NCBI GenBank assembly: GCA_963754925.1
Contig: CAVWHX010000004.1
Span: 992,001 to 1,056,000, forward strand
Length of the DNA stretch: 64,000 nucleotides
Reading direction: 5' to 3'
Source: an uncultured delta proteobacterium
GTDB lineage: Bacteria > Myxococcota > B64-G9
Below, piece by piece: positions 50,400 to 63,146 of this stretch; within the stretch, counting starts at the first letter, position 1, and every line of letters begins with the position of its first letter. A program made the position numbers and the translations under genes. Below the pieces are notes generated by a model. That model was not told where the DNA came from. It did not search any database and worked only from the letters and a program-made list of their open reading frames with translations.

Positions 50400-50510
50400 A
50401 TAACTTCGCATACCTTTGTTGCTTCCTCGCCTCGTCACTGCGGCGTACAGTCCGTACGCCTCGTTCCTCGGCATCGTCGCGCCTCGGTCTGCTTTGTTCT
50501 GCCGCTCTGT
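50400..50510. repeat. Structured intergenic element between rpsB and tsf
   Basis: CTCGTCACTGCGGCGTAC-AGTCC-GTACGCCTCGTTCCTCGG...GCGCCTCG with central GGCGTAC/GTACGCC hairpin. Confidence 0.5.
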
Positions 50511-50564
50511 GTGTTCCTGATTCGTGTCGTCATATAGTAGTATAGGTGAATCCGTAAGTTGTGC

Positions 50565-51407
50565 TCAGTTTTCCTCGGTCGTCACGCTATCGTCGGTTGT
50601 CGCTTCGCTCTCGACCCGTCGTTTGCTGACCACTTCCACCTGCGGTCCGCCCTCGCGGCCGTCGCTCGGCTGCGGCGCGGTTTGCTGCTTCTCGGCCTTG
50701 GGTTGCGACACCAGGCGCTCCTCGAACATGCGCGCGCCCTCGATGCAGGCATCGGCGATACGCTCGGTGAACAGCTTGATCGCTCGGATAGCGTCGTCAT
50801 TGCCGGGGATAAGGAAATCGATCCATTCGGGGTCGCAGTTGGTATCAACCACCGCCACCACGGGAATTCCCAAGCGGTGCGCCTCGGCCACCGCGATGTG
50901 CTCCTTTTTGGGGTCCACGACAAAGATTGCGCCGGGGAGCCGAGCCATTTCTTTCAGGCCGGGCAGGTTGCGTTCGAGCTTTTGGGTTTCTCGCTCGATA
51001 AGCAGGATTTCTTTCTTGGTCAGGCGTTCGAAGGAGCCGTCGGTCGCCATCTTAGTGAGGGTTTTGAGTCGCTCGATGCTCTGGCGAATGGTCCGAAAAT
51101 TAGTCAAGGTGCCGCCCAGCCAGCGGTTATGCACATAAAACATCCCGGAGCGTGTTGCTTCTTCGATTACGATACCCTGGGCCTGTTTTTTGGTGCCGAC
51201 AAACAGGAGCTTTTCCCCCTGGGCAACGACATCACGAATGAAATAGAATGCCCGGTCAAACAACTGGGAGGTCTTCTGGAGATCGATCACATGGATACCA
51301 TTGCGAGAGCCGAAGATATACGGCTTCATTTTTGGGTTCCAGCGGCCGGTTTGGTGGCCAAAATGCACCCCGGCCTCAAGCAACGACTTCATAGAGATTA
51401 CACCCAT
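50565..51407 (-). CDS. rpsB: 30S ribosomal protein S2
   Basis: [45 protein letters not shown]. Confidence 0.97.
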   Translation of the reverse strand: MGVISMKSLLEAGVHFGHQTGRWNPKMKPYIFGSRNGIHVIDLQKTSQLFDRAFYFIRDVVAQGEKLLFVGTKKQAQGIVIEEATRSGMFYVHNRWLGGTLTNFRTIRQSIERLKTLTKMATDGSFERLTKKEILLIERETQKLERNLPGLKEMARLPGAIFVVDPKKEHIAVAEAHRLGIPVVAVVDTNCDPEWIDFLIPGNDDAIRAIKLFTERIADACIEGARMFEERLVSQPKAEKQQTAPQPSDGREGGPQVEVVSKRRVESEATTDDSVTTEEN

Positions 51408-51420
51408 CACATCCTCCTTT

Positions 51421-51500
51421 TGGGTTATTCCGCCACTGGCAGCTTTTTTTCTGGCCCATCTCCCGACGGGAGCACCCGGGGCCAACCGCCAGTGTGTGAA
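51421..51500 (-). ncRNA. rpsB leader (t44-like S2 autoregulatory element)
   Basis: CACACAC...CCGGGTG...TGGCGG.ATAACCC upstream of rpsB, with pairing arms CACTGGCGG/CTGCCAGTG. Confidence 0.65.
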
Positions 51501-51965
51501 TTTCTTCAACTCCCCGTAAAAACATAGAAAAGCAAACTCGGGGCAGTTCCGCGGGGTGATTGCTAGCATAAGTTACCGTGATTGGCAAGTAAAATAAGCG
51601 GTTTTGGTTACGTTTGTGTATCTCTTAGGTACAGGAGGGCGAAAGAATCCATTGAAAAAGATGTCAGGGGATTATTCATTGTTGCCCTGCCCTAATAGGA
51701 GTCCCTGGAGCCCCTAGCCCCACCCACACACTTTCAAATCTTTGGGCATACATTTATGGGATCAGGCTTTCTTGTGCATAGCTTCTGTCTCGTTGACAAG
51801 CCATGCGTGGCTCTCATCTTCACGATTCAAGATCCTCATTGGCCCGCGGCTCAGGATTATCCGCAATCCAAGCAGGATAGTTGACAGCTAAATGTTATCG
51901 CAGGAAAATCGCATCACATAGTAAATGCAAGCTCGAACGAAACCAAAAGCTAAAGGAACTCTATA

Positions 51966-53006
51966 ATGAAAAAGCCATTGGTTCTTATTGGTCTTGGGGT
52001 GTTGATTTTTACCGGTTTCTTCTTTGGATGTGCCACAACTTATCTGACAAAGTATGAGACCCATTTGCTGAATTCTGACCCAAAAACACCACTAAAATTT
52101 AAAGATGATAAATTTGAATTCATTTTTTTCCCTGTACCAAGCGGTGTTAACTTTAAAATCAAAAACCTTACGGATGATCCTGCAATTATAGATTGGGACC
52201 GATCTTATTTTATTGAGCCCAATGGAAATTCATCGAAACTTCTAAATATAGATTTGATCTTTGAAAATGCAGAAACGGCATCTAAGGAAAAATACGAATC
52301 AATTCTGCCACCCGGTGTTGATTTTTGGAGATTCACAACATCCGCATTAAATGTTGCTAAATTTATTAGAGTTGATTCAAGTTATTTTACCTTTGGCAAC
52401 ATGACCTTTTTCGATGCAAATTACACTTATATAAATACATTTTTTAGATATTGGCCTGAATATTCAAAAACTGAAACATACCAACGAATTAAAGATTATG
52501 TCCTGAACAATAACAAAATGGGTGTCGGCTTCAGTATTAAAACAAAAGACACTGAACATTTTTATAGATTTGATTTCAGAATACACAAAGTTTCCGTGTT
52601 TGAAACTGAACCAAAAGACAATCGACCACGAAAGACCAGTTTGTTTAGTATGTCTGATGCAGACAATTGGGATATGGCCAGAGAAGGAGCTATTATAATG
52701 GGTAAAGGTACAGATGCAGCAGGGTATAGAAAGATAATGGTACGGTATGATAATCATTCATATGACAAAATGATTGCGCTGAATTCAGGACAAGAGACAA
52801 ACATAGTCGTTAAAACGTCTCCTGATGGAATACAAGACACTTTGGAACCTATGAATGATAATGAATTCAATAAGCTATCACTTGATAATCATTGGTACTT
52901 TTTAGATAATCGAGGACTTAGATTTAAAATTCTAGAAAAAGAAAAGACAGAAAATATAATAAAACTTAAAGTTAGATGTCTGCGCTGGATTCAGGAGTTA
53001 CCGTAG
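51966..53006 (+). CDS. Hypothetical lipoprotein, AT-rich
   Basis: Signal peptide ending FFGC; visibly lower GC than flanks. Confidence 0.75.
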   Translation: MKKPLVLIGLGVLIFTGFFFGCATTYLTKYETHLLNSDPKTPLKFKDDKFEFIFFPVPSGVNFKIKNLTDDPAIIDWDRSYFIEPNGNSSKLLNIDLIFENAETASKEKYESILPPGVDFWRFTTSALNVAKFIRVDSSYFTFGNMTFFDANYTYINTFFRYWPEYSKTETYQRIKDYVLNNNKMGVGFSIKTKDTEHFYRFDFRIHKVSVFETEPKDNRPRKTSLFSMSDADNWDMAREGAIIMGKGTDAAGYRKIMVRYDNHSYDKMIALNSGQETNIVVKTSPDGIQDTLEPMNDNEFNKLSLDNHWYFLDNRGLRFKILEKEKTENIIKLKVRCLRWIQELP

Positions 53007-53036
53007 AGAACGCCTGCGAACCACTGAAGTGTGAAT

Positions 53037-53160
53037 ATGGGCTTAGTTTATAAGCGGGGATCGAATTGGTGGTTGACATACACAGTCAATGGCCAGCGCT
53101 ACCGCGAACCTGTCGGGGCACCGAAGCGCGACGCGGAATGCGCACTGGCCAAGCGAAGCG
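53037..53160 (+). pseudogene. Tyrosine integrase N-terminal (arm-binding-like) remnant
   Basis: MGLVYKRGSNWWLTYTVNGQRYREPVGAPKRDAECALAKR; similarity stops at GTTGGGT. Confidence 0.65.
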
Positions 53161-53208
53161 TTGGGTTGTTGTTCCCACAGAAAGCTTTTAATTATGAAAG
53201 TATAAGAT

Positions 53209-54084
53209 ATGACAAAACTCGCGTTTTTCATAGTAGATGTATTTGCCGAGAAAAAATATGCAGGCAATCAACTCGCTGTTTTCCAGAGAGCAGGAGCACT
53301 CTCTCATGATGAAATGCAGAAGATCGCCAGAGAAATAAATTTTTCGGAAACCACGTTTATCCTTTCAGACTGTCAAAGTAATGGCGGATTTGACGTGCGC
53401 ATATTTACGCCAAAAGAAGAGGTCTCCTTTGCAGGCCATCCAACATTGGGCACAGCACACATTATCCGAAACGAGATTCTTCAGGGGAATGCAGAAAAGA
53501 TAGTTCTGAATTTGAAGGTGGGTCAAATTCCCGTTACCTTTAGCCCCGATGGTTATTGCTGGATGGAGCAAATAGAACCAGTCTTTGGTCAAGAGCATAA
53601 ACAAGAGATTCTGGCCAAAGTTCTGGGCTTAGATGTTTATGATATCGACGAACGTTTTCCAATTCAGGAAGTGTCAACGGGATTACCGATTTTCATCGTG
53701 CCGCTGAAAACCATAACGGCATTAAAAAATGCAAGAATTGACAGGCAGAGGTATTTTGATTTGATAAAGGATACTGAGGCAAAGTTGATTTTGGTTTTTT
53801 GCCCGGAAACCCATGAATCACAAAATGATATCAGTGTGCGGGTTTTTGGCGATTTTTACGGTATTCCAGAAGATCCGGCAACCGGTAGCGGGAACGGATG
53901 TCTGGCCGGTTATTTGGTTAAATACCGCTATTTCAGACAAGATAGTATTAACATTCGCTGTGAACAAGGTTACGAAATCGGCAGGCCGTCTCTGTTGCTC
54001 TTGAAGGCCGAACAAAGAGAATCAAAGATAACTATCTCTGTCGGTGGCAAAAGCACAGTCGTTGCGCGAGGTGAATTCGTTTGA
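53209..54084 (+). CDS. PhzF family epimerase/isomerase
   Basis: VDVFAE..AGNQLAV, INFSETTF, RIFTP.EEVSFAGHPTLG, EDPATGS. Confidence 0.92.
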   Translation: MTKLAFFIVDVFAEKKYAGNQLAVFQRAGALSHDEMQKIAREINFSETTFILSDCQSNGGFDVRIFTPKEEVSFAGHPTLGTAHIIRNEILQGNAEKIVLNLKVGQIPVTFSPDGYCWMEQIEPVFGQEHKQEILAKVLGLDVYDIDERFPIQEVSTGLPIFIVPLKTITALKNARIDRQRYFDLIKDTEAKLILVFCPETHESQNDISVRVFGDFYGIPEDPATGSGNGCLAGYLVKYRYFRQDSINIRCEQGYEIGRPSLLLLKAEQRESKITISVGGKSTVVARGEFV

Positions 54085-54111
54085 TTGTGGAACGCTCTAC
54101 TTCAGAAAGCA

Positions 54112-54177
54112 GCCCAACAATGGCATCTAAGCTGACGCGAGCGGAATATGCAGCAGTTTGTGTTCCTGCATTTAGCC
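54112..54177 (+). mobile_element. Degenerate attC-like site
   Basis: GCCCAAC-AATGGCATCTAAGCTGACGCG... shortly after the phzF stop; right arm decayed. Confidence 0.5.
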
Positions 54178-54185
54178 AAAGATTC

Positions 54186-54255
54186 CTATGCCCCGGCATC
54201 CTTAAGTAATTGGCAATTCTTGTAGTTCCTGCCCGAGCCGCAGGGGCACGGATCG
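54186..54255 (-). repeat. Diverged duplicate of the secA 3' end (SEC-C motif and stop codon)
   Basis: 59/70 nt identical to 55839-55908; encodes [22 protein letters not shown]. Confidence 0.92.
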
Positions 54256-54314
54256 GCCTGGCGGGCGGCGCAGCCCTTGTATGGGTGATAAGTGTGATAA
54301 AATAAACGACGGGG

Positions 54315-55061
54315 ATGACCTTGACGGGATCCACTTCGCTACAGGCCGATCAACTCGCCCAGCGCGTCGCGGGCATTCTCGATTCGAACGTACGGATTAC
54401 ATACGTCCGTCATCTGCTTCAGAAGATGGATGTGGTGCAGGTGGCAGACCTCATCACGACTACAAAGGTCAATGCAGAAAAGAAAAACCCCTTATACTCA
54501 GATCTACTTCTATACGTTTTTTTAGCTCTCTCCGACGAATCCTGCGAACGGCTCAAGCACGCAGTCGCGGCCCTATTGCATTCTCGCGACCAGCACGCTT
54601 TATCGAAAATGCTCTTACAATCTCCTGACGATATTGATCGCCAGGGCATACGCGTACCAGACTTTGGGCTCGGGCGACAAGTGACACTCGGTGAGCGAAA
54701 AGCCTTTGCAAGGAAAAGCGCAAGGGAGACGATTGCTCGCGCGCTTCGAGATCCAAATGTTTCGGTGATTCGAATATTGTTGGACAATCCAGCGCTCACC
54801 GAACTCGACGTCGTCCGCATATGCGCGCGTCGTTTGATTCTTCCGGAAATCCTGCGCGAGGTCTTTCGAAGCTGGCGCTGGATCGTGCGGAACAGCGTAA
54901 AAATGGCGATTGTTCTAAACCCGAATACGCCCCTCGATATTTCCCTTCAACTCCTTCCCCAATTGACATCACCGGATCTTCGCCGAGTCATCACAACCCC
55001 GAATCTTCCTCAAGAGCTTTACGAATCCTGTCAACGGTTGTTGCCGCGAACGCCCAAGTAA
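54315..55061 (+). CDS. Hypothetical protein with HEAT/LRV-like helical repeats
   Basis: VPDFG..TLGERK, LRDP..VIRILLDNP.LTE, IVLNPNTP. Confidence 0.75.
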   Translation: MTLTGSTSLQADQLAQRVAGILDSNVRITYVRHLLQKMDVVQVADLITTTKVNAEKKNPLYSDLLLYVFLALSDESCERLKHAVAALLHSRDQHALSKMLLQSPDDIDRQGIRVPDFGLGRQVTLGERKAFARKSARETIARALRDPNVSVIRILLDNPALTELDVVRICARRLILPEILREVFRSWRWIVRNSVKMAIVLNPNTPLDISLQLLPQLTSPDLRRVITTPNLPQELYESCQRLLPRTPK

Positions 55062-55087
55062 ACAGCCACGTTCACGAAGCATAAGGG

Positions 55088-55130
55088 TTGACTCAGGACC
55101 AGATAAGTGTATACTACAAGTAGGCACATT
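55088..55130 (+). promoter_or_regulatory. TA promoter with operator-like inverted repeat
   Basis: TTGACT-16-TATACT; CTAC-AA-GTAG overlapping the -10/+1 region. Confidence 0.55.
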
Positions 55131-55150
55131 GATTTTGTGAAGGAGTCCCT

Positions 55151-55399
55151 ATGGAAGTAACCGCAAAAGAATTACGGGGGAAACCCGGCCAAATCATAGA
55201 ACAAGCAGCCCGCGGAACCGAGGTTGTAATAACCATACGCGGGAAGAAAAAAGCTAAGCTCATTCCTTATAAGAACAAGAGCGAGAGGAAGGATACCCAC
55301 GATAAGGAGGATAAGATATTTGGATTATGGGAAGATCGTAGAGATTTAGAATCGGTGGAGGGGTATGTTCGTTTGAAAAGAAGAAGGAGATCGTTTTGA
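55151..55399 (+). CDS. Phd/YefM family antitoxin
   Basis: MEVTAKELR...GTEVVITIRGKKKAKLIP; 4-nt overlap with the toxin gene. Confidence 0.87.
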   Translation: MEVTAKELRGKPGQIIEQAARGTEVVITIRGKKKAKLIPYKNKSERKDTHDKEDKIFGLWEDRRDLESVEGYVRLKRRRRSF

Positions 55400-55773
55400 T
55401 CATTGACACGGACGTACTCATTTGGGAATTGCGTGGTAACGCCAAAGCCCAAAAAACAATCCATGAGAATATTCCATTTAGTATTTCGGTTGTTACCTAT
55501 ATGGAAATTGTGCAAGGAATGAGAAACAAAAGCGAACTTAGTAGCTTTATCAAGCAATTAACCAAGTGGGACGTGAATATCATACAAATCAGTAAGGATA
55601 TTTCTACCCGCGCCATGATTTATGTTGAAGAGTGTTTCTTGAGCGCTTCCATGGAACTTGCGGATGCGTTGATTGCAGCGACGTGTGTAAATAACTCAGA
55701 AATATTACTGACGGCGAACGAAAAGCATTACCGGCATATCCCCACTATACAATTGAAAAAATTTAATCCGTGA
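55396..55773 (+). CDS. PIN-domain VapC toxin
   Basis: IIDTDVLI, YMEI, ADALIAAT, LLTANEKHY. Confidence 0.9.
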   Translation: MIIDTDVLIWELRGNAKAQKTIHENIPFSISVVTYMEIVQGMRNKSELSSFIKQLTKWDVNIIQISKDISTRAMIYVEECFLSASMELADALIAATCVNNSEILLTANEKHYRHIPTIQLKKFNP

Positions 55774-55775
55774 TC

Positions 55776-55838
55776 AGCTAACAATCGCTTCGACCGGTGA
55801 CTCGGGCCATGAGTGCCCTTGCTGATTAAGCGTATGTT

Positions 55839-55842
<4 letters not shown>
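55776..55842 (+). mobile_element. attC-like integron cassette recombination site
   Basis: AGCTAAC-AAT-CGCTT...GGGC-7nt-GCCC...AAGCG-TAT-GTT; starts 2 nt after the vapC stop. Confidence 0.72.
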
Positions 55843-58574
<2,732 letters not shown>

Positions 58575-58684
58575 GGCCTCAGCCTCCGCTGCTATAAACG
58601 GTTGGGCAGTTTAGCACCACCAGGTGGTTGAATAAAGAAAAAACCCTTTTAGCAGATGAGAGGTTGGCAACCACTACGTTCAAA

Positions 58685-59728
58685 TCAGAGCGTAGCCGAC
58701 TCATTATTTTTGCTCAGCCCGGCGGGAATGCCCGATTCGCAGGGCACGCCGGTTGAGCACAGGCCGCATCCATAAATAAAGAGATGGTATTTGGCGTTGC
58801 AGTAGTTAATTGATTTCGCAATCCGCTGGTAGCATGCCTCCTTATCATGTGCGCGCTCCCGCGATATCGCGTCGACCGGACACCTCTTCAGGCACTTGAG
58901 GCATTCTTTCCCCTGGTACTGAAGGCAGAAGGCGTGTATATCTTCCGGCCTTTTGCGGTTCGGTCTAAGCCGGAGGTTTACCACGAAACTCCCGCACCGG
59001 TGCGCCGCCCCCTTTTCAGTGATGAGGAAGTCATGCATGCCGAACGTTCCGAGGCCGGCCGCGTAGGCCATGTGTCGATGGGACCAGGGCGATGCCCAGC
59101 CCACGTCGGGATACCGCTTTTTTCTAAATAACGGCGTGACATCCGCCGATACGGCCAGCACACCCCGGTCCATCAAGGTGGTGACCAGCTCTCGAACGAT
59201 GATCTGGCTGAATATCTCCCCGTTGAGCCTGGTCTGCGCCCATCGCTCTGATGGCCATTCAATCTGCTTTGCGTTCTCCTGTTTTGTCCTGCGGGTTATC
59301 GGCAATATAAATGAAACAACCGATAGATCCTTCGCTGCGGGAGGAGGCACGTGGTTGTTCTCCGCTTGCCAAGCCATGATCTCATAGGGAGTGTAATGAT
59401 GCGGACCGATAATTCGTTTATATTCGGCGAGCAGGGAATCATCACCATTGATGAATCCTACCAGCGGCTCATCGTATATTTTCTCTCCGCTAAAGGGATA
59501 TTCCATGCTGTTTTCGTGATGGGTGGCCACCTTGTCCGTAATTGTTTTGATAAACCATGCTTCATTTATGGCGGTCTCGGATGCCGCGGAAGCTGAATTC
59601 ATGTTCAATATCGGCTGCTTCGGATGTCCCAAGCCGCGCATTTCGCCAAGCGCGTTCATGATGCCGCCGACGTCACTCAGCATGGATAATTTTCTATACC
59701 TGCTTTTCATTTTTTTGTGTTTCATCAT
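58685..59728 (-). CDS. Epoxyqueuosine reductase (QueG)-like Fe-S protein
   Basis: WSHRHMAYAAGLGTFG, CLKCLKRCP, CGLCSTGVPC; start uncertain. Confidence 0.75.
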   Translation of the reverse strand: MMKHKKMKSRYRKLSMLSDVGGIMNALGEMRGLGHPKQPILNMNSASAASETAINEAWFIKTITDKVATHHENSMEYPFSGEKIYDEPLVGFINGDDSLLAEYKRIIGPHHYTPYEIMAWQAENNHVPPPAAKDLSVVSFILPITRRTKQENAKQIEWPSERWAQTRLNGEIFSQIIVRELVTTLMDRGVLAVSADVTPLFRKKRYPDVGWASPWSHRHMAYAAGLGTFGMHDFLITEKGAAHRCGSFVVNLRLRPNRKRPEDIHAFCLQYQGKECLKCLKRCPVDAISRERAHDKEACYQRIAKSINYCNAKYHLFIYGCGLCSTGVPCESGIPAGLSKNNESATL

Positions 59729-59887
59729 CGAGCCTTCCGTATAATTTCGACGGGTTGCTAAAACTATACTACTTGTATCCCTATTAAAGACATAATCATA
59801 TCGTGAGATAATTCGCGACCAAAATTGGGCAGGTTCTGCGCGCGCCAGATTTATGTCGTAATGGTTAAAATGTGCAGCGCGGGGAGA

Positions 59888-60931
59888 CTACGTTGGCATC
59901 AGAAAGGAGAAATTATTGAGCACGGTGCAGAAGTTCTGGAGCGAGCGATCCAGGACACAGAATCGGCCGCTGCACGTATCACCGGCGGTAACGTCGCTGC
60001 AATCAGTATCGGTCGCGCATGTCAGCTTATTATTTATTTGGCATACACCAACTTGGCAAGAATAGTTTGTTACGCATGGGGTGCTGTTGGTGCAAGGCTG
60101 ACCCGCTGCTACGGGTGCTTTACACGACCCAGGGTTACCACCCGTTGTCGCAAGTGAGCACACTCCGGTTGCAGGTGGCACACAATACAAATCTGTCGCG
60201 CATTCGTTGGTGTTACAACACGGTGCATTCTCAGCTTTCAGAGCGGCGCAAGCACAACCGGGCGCCACAAAACTACATACCGGACCGGTAGAAGTTGTAG
60301 CTGTTGATGCACAATACAAATTTTCCTTGCAATCATTGAGAGAATAATAATAACAAGTCTCGCCACTGCCAATCTTAGAAATACATTTACCGGCACTGCC
60401 GTCAACAGTTCCCTCGCACGTCGTATCCGTGACGCACTCAAATGAATTAAAGCAATCTCCGCCCGCCGCAACCTGCCCTTGAAGCGCAACTGCACAGTTG
60501 GTAGTGATATTCAGTTCGAGACTGTTGTCGGTCGGCTCGATGAAGCAGCTATTGGTATCGGGCAAGATCAATCCATCGAGACACTTCGCAGCCGACGTGC
60601 TGTTGATAGACGCCCTGTTGTTGTTAACGGCATCGAGAATCGGCGCAAGATTGTTTTCACATTGCAACTTCATGTCATCTTGGCATTTGCCCTCCGTTGT
60701 CGTTAGGGTCTGGCCCAAAATAGTTTCTATCTCCTTTCCCGTACAACAGTTCCACATGTTGTAGCAGACGGCCTGTGCATACTCCTCGCACAGGTTTGCG
60801 GCGGTGATTTTCTGCGGGTTGGGTTTTCCGCCGGAACTCGAGCTCGAGCAGCCAGCGCCCAATAGTGCAACAACGGCAATCACTGCCCCCCAACGTACAA
60901 GACTTTCTGTCGCAGCGCTTGATACTTTCAT
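59888..60931 (-). CDS. Cys-rich lipoprotein (35 Cys)
   Basis: Lipobox LGAGC, Ser linker, repeated C-x5-C-x5-C modules; GGAGG RBS. Confidence 0.8.
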   Translation of the reverse strand: MKVSSAATESLVRWGAVIAVVALLGAGCSSSSSGGKPNPQKITAANLCEEYAQAVCYNMWNCCTGKEIETILGQTLTTTEGKCQDDMKLQCENNLAPILDAVNNNRASINSTSAAKCLDGLILPDTNSCFIEPTDNSLELNITTNCAVALQGQVAAGGDCFNSFECVTDTTCEGTVDGSAGKCISKIGSGETCYYYSLNDCKENLYCASTATTSTGPVCSFVAPGCACAALKAENAPCCNTNECATDLYCVPPATGVCSLATTGGNPGSCKAPVAAGQPCTNSTPCVTNYSCQVGVCQINNKLTCATDTDCSDVTAGDTCSGRFCVLDRSLQNFCTVLNNFSFLMPT

Positions 60932-61112
60932 TTCCTTTCCTCCTTGTGAATCGGGTGTTATCGGCGTCACTATGACGCAACCGACCCGAGCGATTTTTAC
61001 GGACATTCAACGAGACTATTTTATTATTCAATTAAAAAAGCAAGAAAAATAGATGGAATGGGGCGGACACAACATCACGACAGGGATTTGGGACAAATTG
61101 CGGGAAATCATC

Positions 61113-62048
61113 TCAATCTTCGAGGATGTAGTTTTTCGGATCCTCGCATAGACTATTGACTTCGACTTCGTAGTGCAGGTGTGGGCCGGTGCTGCGACCG
61201 GAGTTGCCTATCTTGCCGATGACCTCGCCGCGCTCAACACGATCACCGAGCCTGACTTGGGACTCATTCAGGTGGCCGTAACGGGTGCGCAGCCCAAATC
61301 CATGGTCGATCACAACCTCGAGCCCGTAACCGCCGCTGTTGCCACAGAAAGAAACCACCCCGTTTGCCGTGGCGATTACCGGAGCGCCTGGTTGGTTGGC
61401 GATGTCGATTCCCGAATGCATGGTGGGCTTGCCGGTATAGGGATCAATACGGACGCCGAAACCTGACGTAAGCCAGCCGCGCGCCGGCCAGATCGACGGG
61501 GTTGACGATAACCGGGTCTTCTGGCCGACCATGAAGGTTTCAAGTTGGCGCAGGTTGCCTTCGAGCTTCTCGGCCTGCTTGGAAATATCATCCAGATGTT
61601 GGCCCAAAAGCGCTATTGAACGCTGTGGATTCTCGCCGATTGCCTTTACCAGCGGATCGACCGATCCGATCTCTTCTGGTCCGTCTTGGGAACCACGAAT
61701 GTCGAACGGACCGAGCGCCAGGTGGCGCTTGGGGTCGTGGAGCTGGGTGATCGCGCGCAGTTTGGTGTCGAAGCGCTGTACCCGGTCCACGAGATTCTGA
61801 ACACTGGCAACTTTCTCATTTACTTGAACTAATTGCTTCTTGAGTTCGGTATTTTGTTGGCGGAGGATAATGTTTTCTTTAATTTGATCGGATACATAGT
61901 AGTAACGAACTGATCCAACCGCGAATATAATAAAAAATACAATTAGAAGTGATACGGCCCCCCAAAGACTTGACTCTGCAACGCGTAAGCGCCGAACGCT
62001 CGAGGAACGGTCCGGCACGATCATAACCGTATATTTCTTACGCATCAC
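61113..62048 (-). CDS. M23 family metallopeptidase with TM and coiled coil
   Basis: HSGIDIA, YGHL, STGPHLHYEV. Confidence 0.92.
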   Translation of the reverse strand: MMRKKYTVMIVPDRSSSVRRLRVAESSLWGAVSLLIVFFIIFAVGSVRYYYVSDQIKENIILRQQNTELKKQLVQVNEKVASVQNLVDRVQRFDTKLRAITQLHDPKRHLALGPFDIRGSQDGPEEIGSVDPLVKAIGENPQRSIALLGQHLDDISKQAEKLEGNLRQLETFMVGQKTRLSSTPSIWPARGWLTSGFGVRIDPYTGKPTMHSGIDIANQPGAPVIATANGVVSFCGNSGGYGLEVVIDHGFGLRTRYGHLNESQVRLGDRVERGEVIGKIGNSGRSTGPHLHYEVEVNSLCEDPKNYILED

Positions 62049-62256
62049 CCGTCCGTGGACTCCACGTACTGCCCGATCGCGAGAGCCAATAAAGTTAGGT
62101 TACCGAATGTGGCAAATCAAACCTTTACCTGTCAACAGTTATTTTTGCCGCTCAAAGCTTTTTCGAAACTGTTTCCCACCTGCTGAGATTATACCACGTA
62201 TAGTATCGGCATGCCAAAATTGTTCTAAAGCTCGTTCGAGCATATTTATTAAAATG

Positions 62257-63072
62257 TTAAGATTGGTAACGTAACAATATCAAAGTGATATTATCCTCGC
62301 CGCCATGCTGATTGGCGAGCGTCACGAGACGAGAAGTCGCATTCGATAGCTTTCCTTGTCGTAGTACCTTAGCTATTTCTCTATCCTCGATCATGCCGGA
62401 AAGACCGTCAGAACATAGTAAGAAAACATCACCCGATGAGAGCGGTAAACTGAAAGAATCAGCATTGACTTGGCTTTCAAAGCCTACCGAGCGAGTTATG
62501 ATGTTGCGGAAACGACTATTGTGGGCCTGCTCGCGGGTGAGAAATCCGGCGCGAACCTGCTCTTGAACGAGAGAGTGGTCCTCGGTGAGTTGCTCGAGGG
62601 TACTATTACGCAACCGATACAGACGGCTGTCGCCGACGTGCGCTACATATCCCCGTTTCCCATACACCAACATCATCGTTAAGGTGGTGCCCATGCCGGC
62701 TAGGTCAATGCGTTGATTGGAGAACTCGTAGATACCCCAAGAAGCGGCTCGGATAGCATCTTTGAGCAATTGTAAGATTTCCGACGACTCGTCGTGTGCA
62801 GCCTGTGGGTTGAAAAGACTGCGTTCATGATAGGTTTTAGTAAGCGTCTCACGCACCAGCTCAATTGCCATGCGTGAGGCGACCGCTCCCCCGGCGTGAC
62901 CACCCATCCCGTCAGCGACTATGTATAGCTGTAAGTTTGAATCTATTATGTAATTATCTTCATTGTTATCGCGCTTTAACCCGACATTGGTACTGCCCCA
63001 TGCTGATACTCGACCTGACGGCCGTTTGTTTGGTGAGGTTTTCTTAAGCCGTTTTCGAGGGCGAGAACGCAT
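62257..63072 (-). CDS. PP2C-type Ser/Thr protein phosphatase
   Basis: RDNNED, VADGMGGH, HVGDSR, CSDGL, GGEDNIT. Confidence 0.93.
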   Translation of the reverse strand: MRSRPRKRLKKTSPNKRPSGRVSAWGSTNVGLKRDNNEDNYIIDSNLQLYIVADGMGGHAGGAVASRMAIELVRETLTKTYHERSLFNPQAAHDESSEILQLLKDAIRAASWGIYEFSNQRIDLAGMGTTLTMMLVYGKRGYVAHVGDSRLYRLRNSTLEQLTEDHSLVQEQVRAGFLTREQAHNSRFRNIITRSVGFESQVNADSFSLPLSSGDVFLLCSDGLSGMIEDREIAKVLRQGKLSNATSRLVTLANQHGGEDNITLILLRYQS

Positions 63073-63146
63073 TCAATAAAAAATTTATCATACAATTACA
63101 GATAACTCAAAGTTTTGGCAGGGGTAACTTAATCGTCCCTGAAGAA

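Noticed and set aside
50559..51527. Long antisense ORFs (also 10710-11705, 57105-58166, 34807-35412)
   Set aside because: Shadow ORFs opposite conserved GC-rich genes, with no motifs
53031..53309. 92-aa ORF as an intact gene
   Set aside because: Only the first ~43 codons look integrase-like; the rest runs out of frame over phzF
53209..54084. Phenazine biosynthesis cluster
   Set aside because: Lone PhzF-family gene without other phz genes
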